Assembly (NCBI GenBank): GCA_050084985.1
Contig: JBITNC010000001.1
Span: forward strand, 5,270,001-5,334,000
Reading direction: 5' to 3'
DNA from: Nageia nagi
Lineage: Eukaryota; Plantae; Pinophyta
Length of the DNA: 64,000 bases
Positions 1 to 12,500 of this stretch are shown here, in pieces. Positions within the stretch are counted from its first letter, which is position 1. Each line of letters starts with the position of its first letter. The notes under the pieces were generated by a model, which saw only the letters and a list, made by a program, of their open reading frames with translations, was not told the origin of the DNA and made no database searches. The position numbers were made by a program, and so were the translations under genes.

Positions 1-3000
1 AATCTATTATAGTCAAAATAAATTTGTGGCCTACTAAGGAATTGGGGTTTATGACACTAATAAAGTCCATACCCTATTATTAAAAAGGCTCTTCAACTAT
101 CACAGGTTTGAGAGACATGGCAGCTTATCTTCTCTTTCCCATAAATCTGTTGCACTTATCACATTCCTATGCAATCTTAAATGAATTCTAAAATATAGTG
201 GGCCAATAATATCTAGCTTGTAACACCTTTGCTACTATAGTAGGTCCACTATTATGCCTGTTAGAGAATCCATAATGAAATTCATTCAATATTCTTTAGG
301 ATTCATCTTCAATCACACATCTGAGATCTATCTAGAGCTTTAGGGCACTTACCCATTTGAAAATAAATAATAATTTGCTTAATCCAATCACTTTCCTGAT
401 TAAGTTTTTGTTCATCTTATGTAAAGTTTCAACCATAGTCTCATAGATAGCCCTACCTCTGATCAACTTGGTTGGCTTGATTTTTATATCATATTCCATT
501 ATCTTAGTGATCTAACAAGCTCTTCCTTCACCTAGATCTCCTTGTATAATATAATTTCTTACATCTGGATGAATAGTATATACAAGGATTCTATTGTGGG
601 AGACATAATGTTTAAACTTTTTAAGTCCTTTCATAATGGAAAATACTTGCTTTTCAATAAATGAGTACCTTTATTGGTGTTGATGCAGTGTCTGACTATG
701 AAAGGAAATTAGGTGTTCCTCATTATTATCATCCTTATGTGCAAGAATTATAGCAATGCTCCTATCTGCTCCATGTGCATACATGATGAAATCTTTTGAC
801 ATATTAGGGCTTTTAAGCATAGGAGCTTCTATTATAGCTTTTTTTATCTCTTTGAAGGCTACTTTTGCTCCATAAGACCAAGAAAATATAGCATCTTTTT
901 TAGCATTGAAGTGATTGGAGACACAATTTTTAAAAAATTATTAATAAATTTTTTAACAAAATTGATCTGACCAAGGAATGACTATAAGGCCCTCTTGTTA
1001 GAGGGGAGTGGCAATGCCTCTATAGCTTTTACTCTGTTTGGATCAATTACTAACCCTTCTTTTAAGATAATGTGGCCAAGTAGCTTTCCTTAATTGACCA
1101 GAAAAACTAACTTTTTTGGGTTGATTGAAATGCCAAACTTCATGCATTTTTCAAAGACTGATATCAAATGTTCTAAATGGTCACTTCTACTTCTAGAGAA
1201 GATAATGATATTATCTAGATAAATCAATATGATCTTGTTTATTAGCTCACCAAATACATGATCCATGGCTCTTTGAAAAGTAGCTCTTGCATTAGAAAGA
1301 TCAAATGGCATCCTTTGAAAATCAAATGTGCCCCATTTAGTCATAAATGCTATCTTAAACTAATCTTCATCCTTCACCCAAATCTGGTTAAATCCTAAGT
1401 AACCATCTATCATTGAAAAATAACAAGCTCTGGCTACTGTGTGCAGGATTTGTTCCATAGGTGGGAGAGGATAATTATCTTTTAAGGACACTTTATTCAA
1501 ATCTCTAAAATCAACATAGAGTTTGATTTCTCCATTTTTCTTTCTTACAAGAACTAAATTTGCAACCTAAGAAGAATGCTTAATAGGATAAATGATTTTT
1601 GAATCAAGGAGTTTGATTAACTCCTGTTTCATAGTTTTTTCTATTTTTGGATTTATGATTCTCTGCTTTTGCCTGTATGGTTTAGCATCTAGCTCAAATT
1701 CAACCATGTTTTGGATGATGTCTTTGTCATATATCTTAAGATCATCATAAGTCCAAGCAATCACCTAGGAAAACTCATGATAAATCTGAGACATAGCAGC
1801 CTTTTCTTCACCAAAACATTCTAAACTAACTTTTATGAATTTATCAGGATCTACCTCCAGTTCAACATAATTCTCCTTCAAGATGATCGAATACTTCACC
1901 TTTAGGACATCTTTTGAATCAAATAGTCTTTCAAATGAGAGTAGTCCTTTTTGGTATTACATTATTTCTAAGCTGAATGGTGTCTAATTCTTGGAAATAG
2001 TCAGGTATTTTTTTAGTACTAAAAGTGTGAGCCACTACTTCATCTACAAGAAAAATGATAATATGCTCATCGAAGTCAAATACCTACTAAAAGTTTGCAA
2101 CATTAGGTACTGAAGGCCTACACTAAACTTTGATTTCAAGAGCTCCTCTCTTTTATAATGAGTAGGGTTATAACATGCTCCTTTTCCAGCAAGTGCATTA
2201 GCTACTTGGTTGTGCTTTTTGGGAACAGATACAAAATTGATAGCCAAAAATGATTCCAATAAGTCCCACACTCTATTCCTATAGTTCTTCAAATAATGGT
2301 GCTTTGCACTGATCTAATTTCTGACTTTCTTGATGACCAATTCAGAATCACCATAAATAATTAAGCATCTAATACCTAAATCAATTGCTTTACATAACCC
2401 TAAATAAAGGGCTTCATATTTAGCAGCATTATTTGTATAGATTTATGTGAATCAAAAGAAGAATCTTTTGGTAGTCCCCTTTGGATATTTGAAGACCACT
2501 CTAGCTCCACATCCATGTCTACATCGAGAACCATCAAAATACATTATCCATGTCTCATGTTCTTTATCAACAGTAATTGAAATTGGTTCAACTTTTTCAT
2601 ATAGATAATAATTGCCCATGCTAACATCTATGATCTGATAATTTAGATCATTTGCTGATAGAACTTTGATTATCAGTAATGATTCCCTTAGTGTGTTACT
2701 TTCAAATATTTTCACTTGTTGTGGATCATTCACGCAATTTACTTCATTGATCTTCTTGAGATGGACAAATTTAATGCCTTCATTCAGAATCTTCATCTAT
2801 TTGTTTTGGAAGGGAAGTAGAAGATGACTATAATCTAAGGCCAAGTACCCTCCCAATTTAGTAGTAAATTCTTTGGAAAAAAATTTTTGAATAGAGGTGG
2901 AAGATCAACTACAATAATGTCTTGGACAACACAAATATTAGGGAAGGCATTCAAGGTTATTTGAACACCTTTACCACTACCAACAACATCAACTGGAGAA

Positions 3001-5189
3001 GAATCCAACTATATGACATCATCAATGCATCTTGTAATGTATAATTTCATTTCATCTATAATAGCTTTGAGGATAATAGTTATGGTAGCTTCAGTATAAA
3101 TCATACAATTATTTCCTACCTAGCCTTCTAATCTTAGGGATAAATAGAAAGGTGAGGGTCTTGTTATACCTATTAGAGCTGGAGGGATAAATTCAAATAT
3201 AGCATAGATAGGATTCTCTTCATTTGTCCTCTTTTTACTATTTCTTAATTTTAAAGCTTCTTGCAGAAGATCTAATTGACCTGGTATCTTTAAAGCATTA
3301 AACATAGTCATCCTTGAAGGAGTTTTCTTCAATTCTTCCACAATATTATATGGAGCATATGGGATAGACTTACTTGGTTCCACTTGCTAATGTGTTCTAA
3401 AATGTTGAGTAGCCTTTTCTTTATGATAATTAGTGATGAAAGGATATCTCAACATGCTAGGTCTTTCTTTCTTCGAGACTTCTTTTCTTGTTGTAGCGGG
3501 ATTTATTTTAAATAGGGCACTAGTATCCGAGTTTGATAGAATAGCACTCAAACTTGTTGAAATAGTACTTGGGTTAAATAGGACTTGATGATGTTGGTTC
3601 TAAGGTTGAGCTAATGGAGTCTTAGCTTTCTTGGGTTCAGGTTGGGTTTGAGTGGGAGATCGATACTATTGAGTGGCTTGAGACTGTTGTAGGGCTATTG
3701 AAGAAGTTGCTTTGGTTTGAACATAATTTTCTTATTCTCTAGCATATGTTGAAACCCAAAAGTTAATCATTATGAGGTTAGCAGTAAAATCTAAAGCAAG
3801 TTCTAACATCTGGTCAGAATGCAACCCCAAATACTGATATTGATATACTACGCAGGAATCTAAAAAATGAGGAGCTGAACATGGTGGACACCATTTTGTA
3901 ATGCCCAAAGTAGCATAATTTATAGCATTGGTCATAATAGCATTTTCAATTATTTTAAGAGGATTAGACTATTTTGGCTGATTGACCTTAGGCTGGAATC
4001 TTGGTTGATATTGATTATCATATCTTCTATAGTTGAGACCATGATTCTGCCTTTCTTGCAAAGTGAGCTTATTATATAGATTTCTAATAGTTATCTCCAA
4101 CTACCTTATCCTTTCCTCTTCTTAAGATTTAGGTTCAATGCTAGCACTTATGGATGTAAGAGTAGGTAATGCTGGTAGCTAATTTTGAATAGTAGGCTTG
4201 GGAGGAGGTGGTAAGGCCAGGACTCCAAGGTGACCTATTTGTGGAGTCTATTTAGGAGGTAAACTAGGAAATACATGCATGATTATTCTAGGCTACATTT
4301 TACTAGAGGACACCAAGGTATGTTCTGCAATCTTTGCTGTCTAGTAAACATCTAGAAATGTATCTCCTGACATAACAATAAGCATATTAAGGTTAGAGAG
4401 AAAATATTTTCGATAATATACTAGAGCTTGAGCATTTGTTGGTATAAATTTCCATGTTCTCTCAAATTTGATATTAAAATCATCAATAGATTCATGCGGA
4501 TGTCTTTTGATACATGCTATGAGGCTAAGGAATGTGCTATCATCGCCATCTATAAAAAATCTTTTAATCAGGGCCTAACACAACTCTCCCCATGAATTTA
4601 TAAACTGGGAGGTGAGAGTTCTGAACCATTTAGCTGCTTGGCCTTCAAAAGAGTGTGACAATAACCTTATCATCATAGTTTCATCAGTAATGTTGAAACT
4701 TGAAGATAACAATGATACATCTTGATAGTGCTCATATGGCATTTTTTTAGAGCCATCATACTTAGGTAAAACTTTAAAATTTTCTTGAGGTATAGGTGAT
4801 GAATTAGCAGCTAAACTAAAGGATGACTATTATTCTAGGTAGAGAAGTCTGCTAGTTGAGCCATACTTGGAGGATGTACAAGAGGCGAAGGATTTTCTAG
4901 GAATGAGTCATACAACTGATAAAGGGGTAGCCCTTAAAGGGATCAAAGGAGACACAACCTGAGATATCTTTCATCTAGTCCTCTTGTAAAGAAGTGATAG
5001 CTCTTGAAATCTAGGCTATCTAAGGGAATTTTTGGCACTACTTCTAGTTAGTCTACGTTCTAGAGGTGCTAGGGTTCAAAAAATTTATCTAGTTGATAAT
5101 AGAGTCACCAATAAGGTTATAAAAACCTTATAATATTGAAGTATCAATTTGATAACCCACCAAATAAGGCTATCAAGCCTAACAACACC

Positions 5190-6190
5190 CATTAAATATG
5201 ATATTTAGCTTAGGTCCCATCGGGCATGCCAAAAATAGAACTGATTACTGTTGATCGATATAGCATAACCTTAAGGGTTTGGTCTTGTCATTTCTCCACT
5301 TCTTGCAATGATAGGTTCCTTGAAAGAGCAGAAGGTGGTGGGGATGTGCTTGTGTTGGTATTCTACTCAATCTTTGATTTATAGGTCAGTTTCCATCTAT
5401 ATTTAAAGTCAAAAGTAATAGGAAAGGAATAAAAAAATGAAGAGTTACAGGAAATAGATAAGTAAATAAATAGCTAAAATAGGAAATTCACAACCTGAGC
5501 ATTGTAGCACAGGTAGCAACCCATAACCAAGATTAAGCATACTATCTCGCACTTAGGGTCTCATAATCATAATACATAGCCATAATTTGAAGAAAACATT
5601 CCACACATAACATTCATAAAAGCAATTCACATGTGATAATGCAAATAGACAATGTTCTACCCTCTTGCAACAAAGTGGTAAATATGATATGATATTTAGG
5701 TTGAGTCCCATCGGGCGTGCCAAAAATGGAACTGGCTACTATTGATCGGTATAACGTAACCTCAAGGGTTTGGTCTAGTCGTGTTCTCCACTTCCTACAA
5801 TGATAGGTTCCTTGAAGGAGCAAAAGGTGGTGGGGATGTGCTCGTGTTTGTCTTTTGCTCAATATTTGATTTATAGGTCAGTTTCTATCTATATTTAAGG
5901 TCAAAAGTAATAGGAAAGGAATAAAAAGATGAAGAGTTACAAGAAAGAGATAAGCAAATAAATAACTAAAATAAGAAATTCACAACCTAGGCATTACAGC
6001 ATAGGCAACAATCCATAGCCAAGATTAAGAATAGCAAACTATCTCACACTTGGGGTCTCGTAATCACAATACATAGCCATGATCTAAAGAAAACATTCCA
6101 CACATAACATTCACAAAAGCAATAACAACCACTTTGTTGCAAGAGAGCAAAGCATTATCTATTTGCATTATCACATGTGAATTGCTTTTA
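5190..6190. repeat. Tandem duplication (~490-bp period) of the LTR end plus PBS
   Basis: 5190-5625 and 5680-6123 align along their length and each has its own PBS. Confidence 0.9.
5703..5722 (-). promoter_or_regulatory. Primer binding site, tRNA-Arg type (TGGCACGCCCGATGGGACTC); a second copy lies at ~5213-5231
   Basis: Plus strand GAGTCCCATCGGGCGTGCCA resembles the 3' end plus CCA of plant tRNA-Arg(UCU) as recalled. Arg PBS is typical of Tat/Ogre-type elements. Confidence 0.75.
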
Positions 6191-7364
6191 CAGATTAGGG
6201 TAAATTTGCTAAAATGTTCGATCTTCTTAATTTCTAAAAACTAGCTATTTATACAACTTCCCCCTCCTTTGGGTGGTTGGATCTCATTAATGTACATTAC
6301 TACTAGTATTGAATGAAATAACTACAACAACACTATTTACATAAATGCTACAATTGTTCTAGATTATATAGTGAACAAGTACTAATCAACATAACTATCT
6401 GAATCATTTGGGTATTTGCAACTTCTGGTCAACCATGTCCATAGAGGCTGTAATCCTTCTAACATGTCATTGACTACTCCTTCCTCAACCCTGTAGCTAA
6501 TTGAATATAACACTATTGTTGATTGAAGGTAGCACTGTAGTTGATTGAGCAGTTAATTGATTGCACATTGATTGGTATGATTTGGTTGTATGCTTTATTA
6601 GCCTCCATTTGCTTTTCTGCAATCTTTATGATCTCTACTATGGATGTCAGCAATCAAAGTAATGGTGGTTGGTAGACATTATGTTCGCTTGGATTGAGAA
6701 GAATTGCCACTATTATGTGGAAATGAGTTAGTGTTGACATATTAACAAGGCCTCAGGGGTCAAACACTTAAGATGAAGTGGACCCGGGTGTTCTTTCTCA
6801 TGCACTACTCTTTTACTTGCTTAGCAGGCTCTATTTTCCACTTTCGAGCTCTGTTGATGATCTAGTTCTTTTGGGACTCGCTGATTTTAGCCAAAATTTG
6901 TGACATCATCTCCCAAAATCAATGGGCTCTATTGATATTCTTCAAGAATAGAACTCTGAATATGTACAAGTTTTGGATATTTGTTCCAATAATTCCTAAA
7001 GACTTTAAGGTAATAAATATAAGTTCAGGAACTTTTACATACATGACTTCTTGAGTATACTTGGAGAAGATGACATGATTTTCAGGGACTTTCAACTCCT
7101 AGTTACTAAAGAATAAAAGAATACAAAATTGACTCAAGTCTCACTGACATAACTCCTGGGTAACCTTATTTACATAATTCCTGGAAACTAAAGAGTGACA
7201 AAACTCCTGGGTGACATTATGTACTAAAAAAATGACTCCTGACAATCTAAGGAAAAGCAATGAGAAGAGGGGAAGGATTTATACTAAAATCTTACAATTC
7301 ATGAAGACTCTAAAAGAATAGTGTTCCCCCTTGGGTACTCTTATATACATAGCTCTCGGGTACA
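5727..7364 (-). repeat. Probable 5' LTR (~1.64 kb) of the Tat element
   Basis: On the minus strand it starts TGTACCCGAG (7364) and ends GTTCCA (5727), followed by TTTT and the PBS. The outer boundary is inferred because the partner LTR is outside the window. Confidence 0.55.
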
Positions 7365-7969
7365 AAAAAATGAAATAATAAAGAATGAAGAATAGTAGAA
7401 TTACCCAAATTTTGAGTGTTATTATGGAGGAATACACTAACCGCTAATGATTAGTGGGATAATGGTAGATACCCATGAAATGGATAAAATTATATTTAGC
7501 ATATAATTAAATATTGTTAAAAGGATGGGGGAAGTGATGGAAAATTCATATTAATTAAGAATTTTTAATGTTACAGTGTGATTAAGGACACATATGATTC
7601 TTACATATGCAAGAGTAAAAAATAAAGAGAGAGGAATTATATCTTGTGGATAACATTTATTTAACTTGGTTTTCATCTTGATATTTGATTTTAGTTGTCT
7701 TTTTTTATACTCTTTAACTTAGATCTTCAATCTTAGATCAAGAAGACTACATATGAGCTTGCCTCTCAAATTTGGTGGAGGATTTTACTAGATTTGCTTT
7801 AATAAGTGTAATCTTTGAAGAATGATTGAATCCTTTTTTTATGTAATTAAAATAAAAATTACACAAATGAAAATGTACTCTTAAAATCTAACATGTTAAC
7901 AAAAGTGATCACTTAATAACATTATTAAAATAAAAAAAATAACTATTTTATTATATGAGATCTTAATTA

Positions 7970-8790
7970 TTTTTTTAAAGGAAAAATGTGATTTCTATTC
8001 ATACAAAGAAAAAAATTACATTCTTTAGGTGCATTGTACACTTTATTAAAAGCACTATATGGCCTCCAAGTCCTATTCTGTCAAATAATTCTACAACTTC
8101 TCCAAAAGGTGAAATTACTATATTATTCATAATTTGGTCTTGAACTAGCCTGATACATAATTTTTCAAACATAAACACAACAAAAGTTTCAAACAATGTT
8201 CATCCTACCTCCTCTAGTACAATTACAATAGCGAAGGATTACAAAGAGAATGTATGAATAAAATAGAAAATAAGCTTCCTAGACCAAACAAAAGTCAATC
8301 CCACTCTTTAAAAATTATGTAATGAAGAGAACATGATTACTCCTCTTGGTTACTCCAATATCAAAGATCTTGTGGCAACACTTGTCCTTCCTTTGAGAGA
8401 ATATCAACTTCAACATTCGATTCTTGATAAATATGGGTAAAAGAGATGGATTCAAATACATTTGTTATCCCCTTTATTTGATCGATAACACCCCTATGAT
8501 GTATATTTTGTAATTGAAATTTCTCATTCATCCAATTTATCACTAAGAGAGTCCCCAAATATCTAGGCCTAATATATACCTTTATCAAGCACACTTTAAG
8601 AGAAACTTTAAAGCCATGAACTCAACAAAATTATTAGAGCACGATGTGATTTAAAGTTAACTTTATGAATACTTGACATATACAATTCACCTTCAACATT
8701 ACTAAAATTTCGTGGCTCTTATCTTACACCATTAAAATAGCCCTCATACACAAGATATATTGATAGACACTTCATTCAGCTGATGAAGAA
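7970..8790 (-). mobile_element. 5'-truncated L1-type LINE remnant (RNase H region and 3' end)
   Basis: Minus-strand GYFNG motif and LLVINWM...ISFTHIYQESNVEVDILSKEG (plant LINE RNase H-like); short A-tail at 7970-7976. Confidence 0.6.
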
Positions 8791-9275
8791 TATTCTCTAA
8801 TTATCAATTTACATTTTTCCATTAATAAGTTAACCTAAACTAAAAAAACTAAAACTTGAAAATAAAGAATGCACATTTTATCAAAAATATAGAATTTTTG
8901 GCAAACCAAATATCAGACAATAACAAATATAAAAGTGTTCGAAATTCTTTTAATCTCCATTGTATCATAATCATTTTCAAATAAAATATTGTTTATAACA
9001 TATAAATCTCCAATATTCTATTCCCACTACCAAACATACATATTATATATTGAACTACTACCGTCATCCCATAGATTGATTCTTCTCCCGTGAACATTAA
9101 TATACTTTATCTTTACCTTTTATCATTAAAAAATCAACAAGTAATTGAAAATTAAAATTTTATTATAAAACTAACAAATTTTATATTAAAATATTAAATG
9201 AAGGCTACGTCTCAAGAGTGTACAAATTGTGGGTGTTGAAATTATGGTTATAAACTTCAATTTTCGTCCAAATGA

Positions 9276-9382
9276 AAACCCTAGATTCAGGGTTTAGTCC
9301 TAAAACCCCACCCCTTGCCTGCTAACACTGATATTTCTGTAGCCTTCTCCTTTCTCAGAGCGAGTTCTTCTTCCAGGGCCCA
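9276..9382 (+). promoter_or_regulatory. Telo-box (AAACCCTA 9276-9283) and site II motif (GGCCCA 9377-9382) upstream of the ORRM2-like gene
   Basis: Motifs seen directly. This pair is known in promoters of plant translation and mitochondrial genes; function here is inferred. Confidence 0.4.
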
Positions 9383-9438
9383 AATTTAGCAGGAAACTTG
9401 TGATAAAATTGGCCTCTCCCCATCTACTTTCTGCTAAA

Positions 9439-9598
9439 ATGGCTTTAAGACGTTTAGCTGGGTGTACAACAATTGGCAGACTTCTGCTGGGGAGGGGGCC
9501 ATGCATAGCATCTAGACATTTGCCTCCAAATGCTGTTGGAGTTCGGATGGAATCCACTAATGAACAACCAGAACCATCTACTAAGCTCTTCATAAGCG
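9439..9598 (+). CDS. ORRM2: ORRM2-like exon 1 (transit peptide and RNP2 start)
   Basis: ATG at 9439; ends LFIS-G|gtaaat. Confidence 0.88.
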
Positions 9599-12500
9599 GT
9601 AAATTCACCTCCCTCCGCCTCTATCTCTCTTTATATGTACTGTGGTTTCGAATCTCACATGGTGGAATGTTACTATACTGTGGTTTCGAATCTCATCGCT
9701 TTCTATTTTAAAAAACCCACAAGCATAGATGGTGGAATGTTACTACTACTACTACATTGGTTTCTTTGATACTATAGCCTTAAAACCCCATTTACAGCAG
9801 GGATGATGATATCTTTTGGGCTCTTGCCCCTGGGATGCTATATATATTGATTTATGTACTTATTTCTCACATACTAAGACTGTCTATTCACATGTTGTGA
9901 GTTTCGTATCATCAAGTATAAATATAAATGCCTTCAAAATTCTAATCACAAAAAGAAAATGACTTCTTCGACCTTTATGTGCTTGGATAACTATGTGTAG
10001 TTGTTGAATTATTATTACATTACATATTTGAAGTTTGAACCCATTCAATCAGAAATTGAGAAGCATAAGTAGTATGGGTTATTTTTTCTCGATAAAAACC
10101 CCATGATGCCCCCCTGTAGTGGAGTTCAATGGGTTCTGTAACACAAATCTTACAGCAATATTTTTAGTTACTAATTCCAGTGCAAAAGAGACCATCCTTC
10201 ACCTTTATTATCTACGAAGCTTTGGCTCTTCCTTGAGTTCTAGTATATCTAGCCATTGTTATCTAGAAATTTGGAGCTGGATACATGCATTTATGTCATT
10301 TATGATGTCACAAGCAGACTGCAAACGAAATGATATCTTGTAGGTTATTTATTAAATATAAATCTTTCTTTCTTTTAGGTTATTTGTTAAATATAAATCT
10401 TGTTAAAGTTCAAGTTATAAAACATGTAAAGAATGATCTATATTTTATTTAGATTATTGTTTACATTTCATATACATAATGAAGGTAGTGCAAGGGTTCC
10501 ACTCCTATATGCCATTGGAAGTTATGCTGATTGGCAAGCCTCCTCATTGGGTGAAGGGTAATATATTTAAGAAGTCTTTTTGTCAGATACTGGTTTTATC
10601 ACCTCCTCTTGTCTTATTTTTTCCCATATAGAAGTAAAAACATAAAGTCAACATTTAACTTTTTTTAAACTTATTGGTTTGTAAGATCTATCAAGAGTTT
10701 TTTTTTTACCTATTGTCAATGTAGAGGGTGGGAGTTGAACTTAACCTTCAATGGGGTGCCTTCACACCTCACTTGTCTCCCAACTCTCCTAACAAGAGGT
10801 AATATTGTTTTTAACTTGGTATATGATCAAGTTTTGTGTTGTCTTCTGAAATTACAACATCAGTAAGATTGAATTTTTATTTGTTTCAATGAAATGAGTC
10901 GATGAAATGAAAAATGTTAAAATACATATTATCCAGATCTTCTGTTTGTCATCTTTTATTTAATAATTAAATTGGCACCTTGAATTTGATATTTCTCTAT
11001 GTTTTGTGAGATTATGTTTTTTAAGACATCTAAGCCAGTTTCAAGTTACGATAGCTGCTTCCTTGGGTTACTGGGTGTAATGTGATTGCTATACATTTGT
11101 GAACACTGGTGCATGCCATTTATGGCAGACATTCGATGTTTGTTGGTATTTAATAGGAAACATTGGTTGTCTAGTAAAAAAGAGAGCTTGTTTATGCGTA
11201 TGACATCAATAGAACACATGGTTAGCTGGATTCTGACACAATGCATTGCATTTTCAGGGCATGTTATGCCTCTTGTTACCTGACACAAAATTTCATCAGA
11301 AGACTGTGTACTATGATTAAGAAATCTCTGATATATTGCTATCATTGGATGGATGCTTGAGGAGAGTCAGTGTTGTTCTCACATTAGACAATCATGTCTA
11401 CAATCAAACACAATTAGTGATGACTTATATATTTAAAGGATATAGGAGCAGGTATCTTGTAAAGTTTCTGTTTAAAGCAGTTTTTTTCCAACCCAGGAAA
11501 TCAAGAAAAGGGGATTACATGCTCCTAATCAACTTTTAAACTTAGGGTGGGTCCATGTGCATGATATCTATTATCAATAGAGGACATGTATGTTAGTTGG
11601 AATCTGACGCTCTGCATTTTCAAATTATTCAACCCCGAAATTAATCAAAAGACATTTTATTGTGACCATGAAGTCTGATATTGTACTATCATTGGATGGA
11701 TGTTTGTGGAGATGTCCGTGTTATAATTTATAGTTTGATTGATCTCACATTAGACAATTGGGTCTACAATCAAGCAGACTTGGTGATGAATTATACAGGT
11801 AGAGGATATAGGGGCAGTTATCTTGGAAACATTCTATTTAATGCAGTTTTCTTCTGACCTAGAAAATCAAGAAAAAGTGATGACATAATTCCTGTTCAAT
11901 TTTCAAACTTCCAGGTGCATAAGGCCCTCGTATATATAATATGGATAATATGTGTGTTTTTTTCATTCAGCTCTGTGTTCAAACCAATAAGTGGCCATTC
12001 ATAGCAAATGTATGACGAATACAATACTTGCGCAATGCTCCATATTAGTTATTGAAAGAAGCGTTTTATTTTATTTTTTTAGTGTGTGCAACCTTTTATA
12101 TGGAGCATCTTATGTTTGTTTGTGTCTAACAAAAAACTTTGATTAAAATACTGCAAATGATTATCACAGAATTTCATGAATACTTGTTGGGATGGAGCCC
12201 GATTCTCCACCAATGATATCTTCAGGACGGATGGATGCGTATTGCTGGGCGGAAATAAAATATACAATATTAAAGTTTCAATTCATAAGGCATCCGTGGA
12301 AAATAAATTAAATGACAAATGGCATGGTCAAACAAAATGAAGACAGCACGTTGGGGACTGATCGATTGTTTTTGAAAGAAATCAATGGCAGTCCACGGGT
12401 GAAACGATGCATTGGCTGGAGGTTTAGCGGCAGATTGGAAAGAGCACTGTGTTTTGCTAAAGAATAAAATGATAGTTAAAATTTGTTATAACAATTACTA

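Larger units (their letters stand above)
1..7364 (-). mobile_element. Degenerate Ty3/gypsy LTR retrotransposon of the Tat group; order gag-PR-aRH-RT-RH-INT; 3' part runs off the window
   Basis: Minus-strand remnants: gag (~4830-4300), Cys/His knuckle KWCPPCSAPHFLDSC (~3870), protease region (~3120-2850), extra RNase H (WIMYFDGS...; NQVANALA; 2550-2150), RT (MPFDLSNARATFQRAM, YLDN; ~1800-1000), RNase H (~900-500), integrase N-terminus (below ~330). tRNA-Arg-type PBS. Many stops and frameshifts. Confidence 0.9.

Noticed and set aside
5703-5722. tRNA gene
   Set aside because: Only the 3'-terminal ~20 nt including CCA are present; it is a PBS.
9400-9711. 103-aa ORF as a stand-alone gene
   Set aside because: It is exon 1 of the ORRM2-like gene reading on into intron 1; the upstream start is GTG.
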